Source of the DNA: Candidatus Methylomirabilis oxygeniifera
Lineage (GTDB): Bacteria > Methylomirabilota > Methylomirabilia > Methylomirabilales > Methylomirabilaceae
Reading direction: 5' to 3'
NCBI GenBank assembly: GCA_000091165.1
Contig: FP565575.1
Location: 1,410,001-1,442,000, forward strand
DNA: 32,000 nucleotides
Part shown: positions 1-8,903 of the stretch, piece after piece
Numbering within the stretch: position 1 is the stretch's first letter
Layout of the letters: every line of letters begins with the position of its first letter
The notes under the pieces: generated by a model
The model's input: the letters and a program-made list of their open reading frames with translations, nothing else
What the model was told of the DNA's origin: nothing
Databases searched by the model: none
Translations under genes and position numbers: made by a program

Positions 1-1391
1 CCGATCCCTTCACCGGCCGTCGGAGGCATTCCGTATTCCAACGCCCGCAGAAAATCCTCATCCAGGCCATGGGCCTCCAGATCGCCTTGATCCCGCTGCC
101 GCAACTGGTCAAGAAACCGAATGCGCTGCTCGCGTGGATCGTTCAGCTCGGAGTAGGCGTTGGCGATCTCCATCCCGCCGATGAACAGCTCAAACCGCTG
201 AACGGTCGTCGGCTCACCTTGTGTCGCTTTGGCCAACGGGGAAAGCTCAGTGGGAAAATCGATAATGAACGTGGGCTGAATAAGTTTCGACTCCACCAGG
301 GTATCGAACAGCTCGGCCATCACCTTTCCCTTCCCCCAACCAGGCAGGATCGTGATCCCATGGTGTCCGGCCGTCGCGCGCACACCCTCTTCCGTCGTAA
401 GGGCCTCCGCCTCCAGTCCGCCCACCTTGACGAGGGCCTCCTCCAGCGTGAGTTTCGGCCATGGTGGCGCGAAGGAGATCTGCTGTCCCTGATAGGTCAC
501 CTGCTGATCGCCCGTGATCCCCTTCGCCAGGTGAGCCAGCATCTCTTCCGTCATCGCCATCAGATCCTCGTAATCGGCATACGCCTGATAAAACTCCAGC
601 ATCGTGAACTCGGGGTTGTGTTGGGTAGAGATACCCTCATTCCGGAAGTTTCGGTTGATCTCGAAAACCCGGTCGAACCCTCCCACCACCAGCCGCTTCA
701 GATAGAGTTCCGGGGCAATCCTCAGATACAGCTTAATGTCGAGGGCATTGTGATGCGTCACAAAGGGGCGCGCCATGGCGCCTCCGGCCATCGACTGCAT
801 CATGGGGGTTTCGACTTCCAGGAACTCCCTCGACTCAAAGAAGCGGCGGATCTCCGCGATGAGACGGCTGCGCTTCCTGAAGGCATCGGCAACCTGGCGA
901 TTCACAATGAGATCCAGGTAGCGCTGGCGGAAACGGGTCTCCACGTCGGTCAGCCCATGCCACTTCTCCGGCAGCGGCCGCAGCGACTTCGACAGGAGCC
1001 GAACCGTCCCGACGCGTACCGTCAGCTCCCCCGTCCGCGTCCGGAAGAGTTGACCTTCCACCCCCAGATGATCGCCGACATCCAGCCTCTTACAGAGGTC
1101 GTAGAGTTGCGCGCCCAGTACATCCCGGGAGAGGTAAATCTGCATCCTTCCGGAACCGTCCTGGAGATGAGCAAAGGTAACCTTGCCGTGATGGCGCAGG
1201 GACATCAGACGACCGGCAATGGCCACCTCTGGCGCTGCATCGGTCTCTTCAGGGAGGACGGCGTACTCCCGGTGAAGGTCGGCTGCGAGGTTCCGAATCT
1301 CGAAGCGGGCCGGATAGGGATCTACACCTGCCGCCTCAAGTTCCGCCAACTTCCGTATCCGCTCGCTCACCAACGGATTGTGCTCTTCCAC
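1..1391 (-). CDS. lysS: Lysine--tRNA ligase (class II), 3' end truncated by window start
   Basis: Minus-strand translation reads (M/V)[30 protein letters not shown] at the N-terminus and [21 protein letters not shown]...[20 protein letters not shown] at the left edge, typical of class II LysRS. GTG start inferred at 1391. Confidence 0.9.
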   Translation of the reverse strand, partial: [463 protein letters not shown]

Positions 1392-1499
1392 AATGCCTCC
1401 AATCGTCAAGTTCGTTCGATTATAGGAACCACCCCGGCAACTGTCAAGGAAGCCCCTGGTGAAATCCTGACATTCGGAGTTCCTTGAGTGGTATGGGAG

Positions 1500-2033
1500 T
1501 TACGTGACTAGAGTGTACCTCCGGCGTGACGCGTAAACGGCAAAGTTCACGATGAGTAGGCCGCTACATGCGGCCTTCACGGCGAATGCGGTGCGGTCGC
1601 AGAAGGAGTAGCGGGTGTGATCGGTGAGCGAGGGGTATGTGTCGTCTATGTAGAGATCCCACGCTTCACCTGTCTCACCGGCAATACACGCGGCGTACGG
1701 GTTGTCGTCGCGCTCCCACCAGTCCAGATAGTCGGCAGCGAGCGCATGCTCGGCTGCGGTGACGGCTTGATCGGGCGTGAGGCCTGCGGCGGCGGCAGAA
1801 GCGAGGTCAGGATTGAGCCACCCCTCACCGAGCCAATGTGGAAGGTCGCTGTCGGCACGGAAGCCTAGCGTATACCATTGCGCGGCGATGGCGGTGATGG
1901 CGGCCTGGTCGCGGTAGAGGTCGGTGTAGTGGGGAATCAGATCGGCGATCTCCGAGATTGCTTTCGCGGTAGCACGGGTATCAGGCTGCAGGCTCATCGA
2001 TTGCGTCCGTATCAGCGATCTGTCCTGCTCCAA
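1500..2033 (-). CDS. Hypothetical protein (177 aa; the true start may be an internal Met)
   Basis: Open frame with no overlap with the convincing neighbours; Trp/Asp-rich sequence (HWLGEGWLNPDLA...DYLDWWERDDNPYAACIAGETGEAWDLYIDD). No family recognised. Confidence 0.5.
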   Translation of the reverse strand: MEQDRSLIRTQSMSLQPDTRATAKAISEIADLIPHYTDLYRDQAAITAIAAQWYTLGFRADSDLPHWLGEGWLNPDLASAAAAGLTPDQAVTAAEHALAADYLDWWERDDNPYAACIAGETGEAWDLYIDDTYPSLTDHTRYSFCDRTAFAVKAACSGLLIVNFAVYASRRRYTLVT

Positions 2034-2057
2034 GAGCCTGCGAACACGATGCTGACG

Positions 2058-2963
2058 TTACAAAGGTACCCTGTCCAGCACCATCAGCAAAAACAGTGCT
2101 GGAAGTTGTACGAGCGATGCGAACGCCAGCCGCCTCACATCTGCCGTCGATCGCCGGATGGTACAGGCGCACGCGCATCCAAGCAGGCTGATACCCAGCA
2201 TAAACGCGCCTACGAAATAGAATGGGCCGGCGAATCCCATGAGGGTCGGCAGCAGGCTGACGGCAAGCAAGATCAGGCAGTCGCAGATAATCCGACATCT
2301 CGTCAGTATATCGTCCGGATCGATCAGGGGGAGGAGTCGAATCCCTGCTCGCTTATAATCGTCCTTATGCAGCATGGCGATGGCTAGGGTATGGGGAAGC
2401 TGCCACAAAAACAGGATGGCGAATAGTACACACGCTTCACTGCCGAGCCTTCCCGTAGCCGCTGCCCAGCCGATCACCGGAGGTAACGCCCCTGGGACCG
2501 CCCCCACCATGACGCATAACGCAGTCTTGCGCTTCAGCGGCGTGTACAGAAATAGATAGCTTCCCGCGGTCACCGCCGCTGCAACACTACTCCAGGTGTT
2601 GACCGCAGCAGCCAGATACAACAGCCCTGCGACTGTAAGCAATACGCCGAACAGGAGCGCCTCCGCAGGATGGAGCCGCCCGGCAGGCAATGGCCGGAGT
2701 TGTGTGCGCGTCATCCGCCCGTCCAGGTCACGCTCAAGGAACTGATTCAGCGCGAGGGTTCCACCTGCAGCAAGCGCAGTACCGATGAGTACTTGCCACA
2801 GTACCCCATAGTTGGGCGTACCGCCGGAGCCAATATAAAAGCCCGCGCATGCGGTGAGCAGCACCATCATCAGGATACGCGGCTTCGTCAGAGATATAAA
2901 ATCCGCCGCGCGTCCGCGCGTCCGCGTGAACTCAGCGCCTGATGTTGCGGATGTGGGCATCAT
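2058..2963 (-). CDS. ctaB: Protoheme IX farnesyltransferase (heme O synthase)
   Basis: ISLTKPRILMMVLLTACAGFYIG...NQFLERDLDGRMTRTQLRPLP is the UbiA/CtaB signature. ATG at 2963 overlaps the upstream gene stop by 4 bp (ATGA), so this start is preferred over the 413-aa ORF start at 3299. Confidence 0.93.
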   Translation of the reverse strand: MMPTSATSGAEFTRTRGRAADFISLTKPRILMMVLLTACAGFYIGSGGTPNYGVLWQVLIGTALAAGGTLALNQFLERDLDGRMTRTQLRPLPAGRLHPAEALLFGVLLTVAGLLYLAAAVNTWSSVAAAVTAGSYLFLYTPLKRKTALCVMVGAVPGALPPVIGWAAATGRLGSEACVLFAILFLWQLPHTLAIAMLHKDDYKRAGIRLLPLIDPDDILTRCRIICDCLILLAVSLLPTLMGFAGPFYFVGAFMLGISLLGCACACTIRRSTADVRRLAFASLVQLPALFLLMVLDRVPL

Positions 2964-3937
2964 GCGCGCACCCGCTCGGCGGGTAATCCCCCGTCGGTAA
3001 CAACAGCCTGCCGCGACGTCAACAGCCGATAGGATCGCAACGTCAGCATGATACAGGCTGCCAGCATCAGCGTACCCGTGATTCTGTGAGTAGTCGGCAG
3101 CGCCAACCGGGTAAAGGCTGCATAGGGGATTTCGAGTGAGGTAAAACGATTCACATACGATCCGAGGCCCAACAGAAGCTGTAGCACCAGCAGACCGACA
3201 AGTAGACTGACGGGCCACGTCAGCTTCACCTGATCTGCATGAGGTCTCAGGATACGTGCGGCCAGGCGCCAGACATGGATAGCGACAAGGGCGGCACACA
3301 ACAGATGGGCCAGAAACCAGTCGCCGATATGTGTCAGCATGCCCCCAAAGAAGATCTGGAGGTATACCAACCCGGTTGTCAAGACACAGAGCCGCTTGAC
3401 CGCTCCAACATCAGCCGCCACCGCTCTTCGTGAGTTGTGTTCCCACTCCTGAGAGGTCAATACCACCGAACTCACTGTGAGGGCAAAGAAGGCTTGGGCC
3501 AGCAAACCATGAATAAGTGCAAGTTCGCTCCCGGCCGACACCAGGATCACTCGAAGGCCGCCAAGTATCCCCTGGATGACTACCGCGCCGACGGCCGCAA
3601 CTCCGAGCCACCGCGCCGATCTTCTGGCGTCTTTCAACCGGAGCACAATCGCGAATGCCAGAGTCAGAAAACCTACGAAAGATCCGATCAGTCTGTGACT
3701 GTGTTCGTAGAAGATCCCCCCCACCATGTGTGACCATGGATAGAGGAACATGTTATACCCGAATGTCGTCGGCCAATCCGGTACTGCCAGCCCGGCCCCC
3801 GTATTCGTCACCAGACCGCCGACAAAGATCAACATCAGCGTTGATCCCGCGGTCAGCATGGCGAACCGATGGGGCCAGGGACTATAGGCCTGCGCCTGTA
3901 TGCGGTCCGTTAACCTCTCGTCGTCATTCTTCATCAT
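2960..3937 (-). CDS. ctaA: Heme A synthase (COX15/CtaA family)
   Basis: 325 aa multi-TM protein with FVGGLVTNTGAGLAVPDWPTTFG, HSHRLIGSFVG and THRITGTLMLA, typical CtaA/COX15 motifs; adjacent to ctaB. Confidence 0.93.
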   Translation of the reverse strand: MMKNDDERLTDRIQAQAYSPWPHRFAMLTAGSTLMLIFVGGLVTNTGAGLAVPDWPTTFGYNMFLYPWSHMVGGIFYEHSHRLIGSFVGFLTLAFAIVLRLKDARRSARWLGVAAVGAVVIQGILGGLRVILVSAGSELALIHGLLAQAFFALTVSSVVLTSQEWEHNSRRAVAADVGAVKRLCVLTTGLVYLQIFFGGMLTHIGDWFLAHLLCAALVAIHVWRLAARILRPHADQVKLTWPVSLLVGLLVLQLLLGLGSYVNRFTSLEIPYAAFTRLALPTTHRITGTLMLAACIMLTLRSYRLLTSRQAVVTDGGLPAERVRA

Positions 3938-4176
3938 CTCTGTGTTCTAGCCGAGCTACGGAGCGAAGTCAACGAAAAACCGGTATCCCCATGTGTGTCT
4001 CAGGTTGTCGACCATGCCATACACCCCGCAAAAATGACGTCGCGCATTGTCTTGCCTCTTCAGATGTGCTATATAGAACCGCCGTAACAACCAAACAGAA
4101 CGATGAGAGGGCGAACCTGATCAGGCCTGAATTGCTGCGATTGCTGCAGCACACTAAGAAGACCGGGAGGGACAAC

Positions 4177-5211
4177 ATGCAACGCCGGACACGAGGGGTA
4201 CTTATTATTGGCGTACTATTTTCCACTGTACTGGGTCTTTCCGTCACGGGAAGCGGTGCGGAACAAGCGTACAAGCTCAAGATGCCGTTGGGTCTACAGG
4301 AGGATGCGGCGTATATTCCCCCGGACAACCCTCTGACGGTCGACAAGATCAGCCTCGGTCAACAGCTCTATTTTGATACGCGGCTCTCCGCCGACGGGAC
4401 TATTGCCTGCGCCACCTGCCACGCGGCGGACAAAGGGTTTTCCGACGGCCGCCCCACCTCGACGGGGATCAAAGGACAGGTCGGTGGCCGTAATGCCCCG
4501 GTAACGATTAATCGTCTCTTCAGCCAGGAGCAGTTCTGGGACGGCCGGTCCCCTTCGCTGGAAGACCAGGCGCTTGGCCCGGTGCAGAACCCCATCGAGA
4601 TGGGCCACACCCTGGAGGGGATGGTGGCGACTCTGGATAAGTTGAGCGGGTATCGGGAGCAGTTCAAAAAGGCGTTCGGGACAGGCGTCACCAAAGACGG
4701 GGTTGCCAAGGCCATCGCGTCCTTCGAGCGAACCCTTCTTTGCGGCAACTCAGCCTTTGATAAGTTTGAGGCCGGAGACAAACAGGCTCTCAGTGCGAGC
4801 GCCCAGCGCGGGCTTACCCTCTTTCGTGCGAAAAAGGCGAACTGTGTCGCATGCCACACCGGCTTTAACTTCACTGATGAGGGGTATCATAACCTCGGCG
4901 TAGGTATGGACAAAAAGGACCCGGACCTCGGCCGCTTCAAGGTGACTAAGAAAGAGTCCGACAAAGGCGCCTTCAAGACGCCGACCCTGCGCAACATCGC
5001 CGCCAGTGCGCCCTATCTGCACGACGGCAGCGCCAAAACACTGGAAGAAGTGATCGACTTCTACGACAAAGGCGGCATCAAGAATCCGAACCTATCGAAG
5101 GAAATCAAGCCGCTCAAGCTGACGGCTCAGGAAAAGGGCGATCTGGCGGCGTTCATGAAGTCGCTGAGCTGCCCCAATCTCAAGGTTGCCGCGCCTGCGC
5201 TTCCTAAATAG
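4177..5211 (+). CDS. Di-heme cytochrome c peroxidase, MauG/CcpA family, secreted
   Basis: Signal peptide after MQRRTRG; two heme motifs CATCH and CVACH; FDTRLSADGTIACATCH, FSDGRPTSTG, FKTPTLRNIAASAPYLHDGS. ATG at 4177 preceded by GGGAGG. The 3655 start is upstream of the real one. Confidence 0.92.
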   Translation: MQRRTRGVLIIGVLFSTVLGLSVTGSGAEQAYKLKMPLGLQEDAAYIPPDNPLTVDKISLGQQLYFDTRLSADGTIACATCHAADKGFSDGRPTSTGIKGQVGGRNAPVTINRLFSQEQFWDGRSPSLEDQALGPVQNPIEMGHTLEGMVATLDKLSGYREQFKKAFGTGVTKDGVAKAIASFERTLLCGNSAFDKFEAGDKQALSASAQRGLTLFRAKKANCVACHTGFNFTDEGYHNLGVGMDKKDPDLGRFKVTKKESDKGAFKTPTLRNIAASAPYLHDGSAKTLEEVIDFYDKGGIKNPNLSKEIKPLKLTAQEKGDLAAFMKSLSCPNLKVAAPALPK

Positions 5212-5237
5212 GGGGGAAGGCTTTCCTTCCCCCCTAT
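5208..5237 (+). terminator. Stem-loop terminator overlapping the stop codon of the peroxidase gene
   Basis: Perfect 13-bp inverted repeat ATAGGGGGGAAGG-CTTT-CCTTCCCCCCTAT; weak downstream T content (CTCTTT). Confidence 0.6.
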
Positions 5238-5363
5238 CTCTTTGACCTCGCCCCCTCAGCGCTGACAGGCCGCTACCAACCGGTAGACGGTCTGCAGGGA
5301 TCTCCTCGCTCTCCGCGCGATCGCTATCTGAAGAATTCTTCCGGGATATTCTTGAGAAACCCC

Positions 5364-5392
5364 TTGACAAACACTGTTTTAGTTTTTATCTT
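5364..5392 (+). promoter_or_regulatory. Putative sigma70-type promoter for the 5417 gene
   Basis: TTGACA (5364-5369), 17-nt spacer, TATCTT (5387-5392), upstream of an AAGGAGG ribosome binding site and ATG 5417. Confidence 0.4.
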
Positions 5393-5416
5393 TTCCCTTA
5401 TCAAGGAGGCTGAGCC

Positions 5417-6142
5417 ATGACGCCGTCGAGAATGTTCCTCAGCTCTGTTGCGTTTACGGTTACCCTCATCACCCTCACACCTGTCGCCTACTCCTATCAG
5501 GAAGTCGCCGTCACCGACGGCGGAACCATCACCGGAAAGGTGGTCTTTCAAGGTTCGCCCCCACCCATGAAGCTGATTATCCCCACGAAAGATCAGGAGG
5601 TCTGCGGAGGGATTCGCGAGGAACCTCATATTGTCCTAAGTGAGAATCAGGAAGTTCAGCATGCCGTCGTGTTTCTGAAGGACGTTCAAACCGGCAAGGC
5701 CTGGGGGCGGCCCGCAAAAACACCGGACCTGACCAATCTGAAGTGCGACTTTGTGCCTCATGTCCAGGTTGTGCCGGTCGGATCGGATCTCGAGATCATC
5801 AGCGCCGATTCGGTTCTGCACGCCACGCACGGGTTCCTGGGAAAACGGACCGTTTTTAGCGTCACTCTGCCGAATAAGGGGGACCGGGTGACACGACCCC
5901 TCAAGAAGGCCGGGGTCGTACGGGTTGAGTGCGATGCCCACGGCTGGATGCTGGGGTGGATTTACGTCGCCGACAACCCATACGCGACCGTGACGGCTCA
6001 AGACGGGACGTTCACTATTACGGATGTCCCGCCCGGCGCCTACACCCTTGTGGTCTGGCAGGAGTATATGGGGTTAACTGAGACCCCGGTTACCGTCAAG
6101 GCAACAGATGCAGTATCGGTCAAGATCGAGTTAAACAAATAG
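5417..6142 (+). CDS. Secreted cupredoxin-like / carboxypeptidase-regulatory-like domain protein (paralog of 12889..13614)
   Basis: Signal peptide; GGTITGKVVFQG, KDQEVCGG, VVRVECDAHGWMLGWIYVADNPYATVTAQDGTFTITDVPPGAYTLVVWQE; H/C-x2-H-x2-M cluster consistent with a copper site. Confidence 0.75.
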   Translation: MTPSRMFLSSVAFTVTLITLTPVAYSYQEVAVTDGGTITGKVVFQGSPPPMKLIIPTKDQEVCGGIREEPHIVLSENQEVQHAVVFLKDVQTGKAWGRPAKTPDLTNLKCDFVPHVQVVPVGSDLEIISADSVLHATHGFLGKRTVFSVTLPNKGDRVTRPLKKAGVVRVECDAHGWMLGWIYVADNPYATVTAQDGTFTITDVPPGAYTLVVWQEYMGLTETPVTVKATDAVSVKIELNK

Positions 6143-6186
6143 GCAACGTCAGAACCTGTGCGCATCGGCTGAAGGAGGTTCGTGCG

Positions 6187-7419
6187 ATGGATGATCATGG
6201 CCGTGATCGTGACCGACTAAGACTCCTGAGATCAAAGGCAAGACTCATGTGGTGGCGCAAAAACGGCTCTTCCCGAGAGATCGAGGATTTGCGCCGCGAG
6301 ATGGACCAAACATTAAGACAACCGGGTGAGCTTCCTGATAAGACAATGGAACTTACCCGCCGTATGTTCATCCATAAATCGCTACTGGCCGGCGCGGCAG
6401 CCGGCGTCGCCTCAGCCGGATGGTTCCCTTGGCTAAATACCCTCGACCTGGCCTTTGGCGCCGAGGCATTTAAGTTCGTCTGGGTCTCTGATTCCCACTT
6501 GTACCCAAGAACTCTGAACACTCGTTTCGTTGATAAGGTAACCCGTGCGGTGAAAGAGGTCCAAGCTATGTCGCCGCCCGCTGATTTCCTGATTTATGGA
6601 GGTGATCTGGCGCAGCTCGGGGATCCCGTCGAGTTAGAGCTCGGGGCCGAGATCCTGAAAGAGGTCACCATCAAAAAGGTCTTCATCCCCGGGGAACACG
6701 ACTGGTACCTTGATATGGGAGTGAAGTGGGAGAAGCTCTTTGGCAAGTCCTCCTGGACCTTTGACCACAAAGGGGTCCGCTTTATCGGACTTGATACCGT
6801 GAGTCGCGGTCCGGACTACTGGACGGCGAAGAAGATGACCGCTAAAGAACGGATGGGTCATATGGCCACCCTGGATGGGAGTGTAGCGGGCGCGTGGGCC
6901 GGTGTCGGCCGTGACCAGCTCGAATGGCTTTCCACGACCCTTTCCAATTGGTCGAAGAACAAGCCGATCGTCATCTTCAGCCACAACCCGTTGTACGAGT
7001 ATTACCCGCCTTGGAACTTCTGGGTGCGGGACTGGCGCGAGGTTCACGAAGTTCTCAAGCCCTTCACGAACGTCACCAATATCCACGGTCATACCCATCA
7101 AGTGCTGTATAACGAGATCGGTAAGGTTCGTTCGATTGGGATGCTGGCCACCTCGTGGACCTGGCCGTACGCGCCTGAAGGGGTGCCGGCCCTCACCAAG
7201 TGCAAGGTCCGCGTCGATCCCGGTGATCCCTTCGATGGGGTAGGTTGGTCGACACACACCGTGAGCACGGCAGAGAAGGTCGAGAATGAGTATGTGATGT
7301 GGCGAAAAGATATTCTCGGCGAGGCACCGTGGGACTCGGGATGCGCAGACAACGCCAATCAGATCCTGAGCCCACGACTGGCCGATCGTGAGTGGCCGTA
7401 CTATGGCGCATATAAGTAA
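6187..7419 (+). CDS. Calcineurin-like metallophosphoesterase with Tat-like signal
   Basis: RRMFIHKSLLAGAAAG signal; PF00149-type motifs VSDSH, YGGDLAQLGD, GEHDW, FSHNPLY, NIHGHTHQ. Confidence 0.85.
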   Translation: MDDHGRDRDRLRLLRSKARLMWWRKNGSSREIEDLRREMDQTLRQPGELPDKTMELTRRMFIHKSLLAGAAAGVASAGWFPWLNTLDLAFGAEAFKFVWVSDSHLYPRTLNTRFVDKVTRAVKEVQAMSPPADFLIYGGDLAQLGDPVELELGAEILKEVTIKKVFIPGEHDWYLDMGVKWEKLFGKSSWTFDHKGVRFIGLDTVSRGPDYWTAKKMTAKERMGHMATLDGSVAGAWAGVGRDQLEWLSTTLSNWSKNKPIVIFSHNPLYEYYPPWNFWVRDWREVHEVLKPFTNVTNIHGHTHQVLYNEIGKVRSIGMLATSWTWPYAPEGVPALTKCKVRVDPGDPFDGVGWSTHTVSTAEKVENEYVMWRKDILGEAPWDSGCADNANQILSPRLADREWPYYGAYK

Positions 7420-7455
7420 CTGCCGGTTGATCATACATCCAAGAGGAGGACCGCG

Positions 7456-7920
7456 ATGAAGCGCCAACACAGTTCTATCAGAACGGCACTAGGTGCCTCT
7501 CTCCTGGGTCTGCTCCTTGTCGTCGTCCCCGGGCCCAGCCCGGCCATCGCTCACAAGGCCAAGCACACGCCCGAGCAACTGAAAGCGTTTGAGCAGGTCT
7601 TTATGGAACAGGTCAAGGTCGGCGACTTACTCTTCCATGGCGACGGCGCCGTCCAGAAGCGACTCGGCGTGACGCTGTCCAACACGGGAATGGCATGCGC
7701 GATGTGCCATCCCTTTGCGTCGGACACCCACCCCTATACGTTTCCAAAATTTCAGGAACAGATCAACAAGTTTGCCACGCTGCGAGATATGATCAACTGG
7801 TGCATCGAAAAGGCCGCTGAAGGGGAGAGAATCGAGGACGATTCAGACGCCATGAAGGCTCTGGAGACGTATATCTACTGGTCTACCAGAGGCTCGAAGC
7901 TCGACCCGGGACGGCACTGA
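7456..7920 (+). CDS. Periplasmic monoheme cytochrome c
   Basis: Signal peptide; single CAMCH motif in VTLSNTGMACAMCHPFASDTHPYTFPKFQEQ; lies between the metallophosphoesterase and the SoxYZ-like gene. Confidence 0.75.
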   Translation: MKRQHSSIRTALGASLLGLLLVVVPGPSPAIAHKAKHTPEQLKAFEQVFMEQVKVGDLLFHGDGAVQKRLGVTLSNTGMACAMCHPFASDTHPYTFPKFQEQINKFATLRDMINWCIEKAAEGERIEDDSDAMKALETYIYWSTRGSKLDPGRH

Positions 7921-7944
7921 CCGGGACGGCACTGCACGAGTCAC

Positions 7945-8826
7945 ATGAGGATGACAGGCACGCGCGCCAACAGGCACGAGCGGGTCACCCAGGCAGCGTC
8001 ACCTACGGTGTCGAGACGGGCCTTTCTCGGTCTCGCCTCGACGCTGATCGCCTTAGAGTGGGCCGACATTGCATTCGCCCTGGAGCCGCAAGCTCCCGAC
8101 AATTCGAATCAACCGACTCCCCCTGAACAGGCATACCCGCTTGACCTTAAGGTGCCGCCCTTCACTCGCAACGGCGCAAATGTCCCGATCGTTGTTGAAA
8201 TGCGCCACCCGATGAACCCGGACCACTATATCAAGAGCCTTCAGATCCTGAATGAAGCCGATCCGATCCCATCAAAAGGAATCTTTCACTTGAGCCCGGC
8301 GAACGGTCGGGCCTATCTCTCAATGCAAGCCCGCATGAACAGCGGTACCTCCACGGTGCTGGCCATTGCCGAATGCACCCGACATGGTCGGTGGACGACA
8401 AGCCGACCCATCACGATTCCTGAAGGAGAGGGAGGGTGCGCAACCGGAACTGAAGGGGATGATCATGGATCGTCGGATGACGGCATCCGCCCACCGGTCA
8501 TCCGAATCCCCGAGCTGGTCGATCGCGGACAGGTCAGGCGGGGCGAGATCATCCGGGTGCAGATGAACGTCAAGCACCCGAGTCGGACCGGCTTAACCCA
8601 TCAAGGCACGACATTTCGTCACACCGCCGATCCCTTCTATCTGAAAGAAATGACCGTATTGTATGGGGATCGTCTGATCAGTCGTTATGAGATGACGCCC
8701 GCCATCAGCGACAATCCGTTCATTACCTTTGCATTGAGGGCGTCGGAACAATCCGCCATCCGGATTGTCGTCACCAACAGTCGCGGTCAACAGTTCCAGG
8801 CTACGCAAGAGGTGGCACTCACGTGA
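7945..8826 (+). CDS. Fused SoxY-SoxZ-like sulfur/quinoprotein-associated carrier protein
   Basis: Tat-like RRAFLGLAST signal; SoxY-like half ends in EGEGGCATG; followed by a SoxZ-like half (RIPELVDRGQVRRGEIIRVQMNVKHPSRTG...PFYLKEMTVLYGD...ISDNPFITFALRA). Confidence 0.8.
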   Translation: MRMTGTRANRHERVTQAASPTVSRRAFLGLASTLIALEWADIAFALEPQAPDNSNQPTPPEQAYPLDLKVPPFTRNGANVPIVVEMRHPMNPDHYIKSLQILNEADPIPSKGIFHLSPANGRAYLSMQARMNSGTSTVLAIAECTRHGRWTTSRPITIPEGEGGCATGTEGDDHGSSDDGIRPPVIRIPELVDRGQVRRGEIIRVQMNVKHPSRTGLTHQGTTFRHTADPFYLKEMTVLYGDRLISRYEMTPAISDNPFITFALRASEQSAIRIVVTNSRGQQFQATQEVALT

Positions 8827-8903
8827 GCCGGACTCCGACTCTGGAGCTGTCACATGGCTCTATTATAATAACGACAACCCCCTGAACAACCGGGAGAGAG
8901 ACA

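Noticed and set aside
69-1487. 472-aa plus-strand ORF
   Set aside because: Antisense to lysS; the minus strand gives clear lysyl-tRNA synthetase sequence, the plus translation has no recognisable family.
3655-4176. N-terminal extension of the first MauG-like ORF
   Set aside because: The segment is antisense to ctaA plus intergenic DNA; a signal peptide and RBS support the start at 4177.
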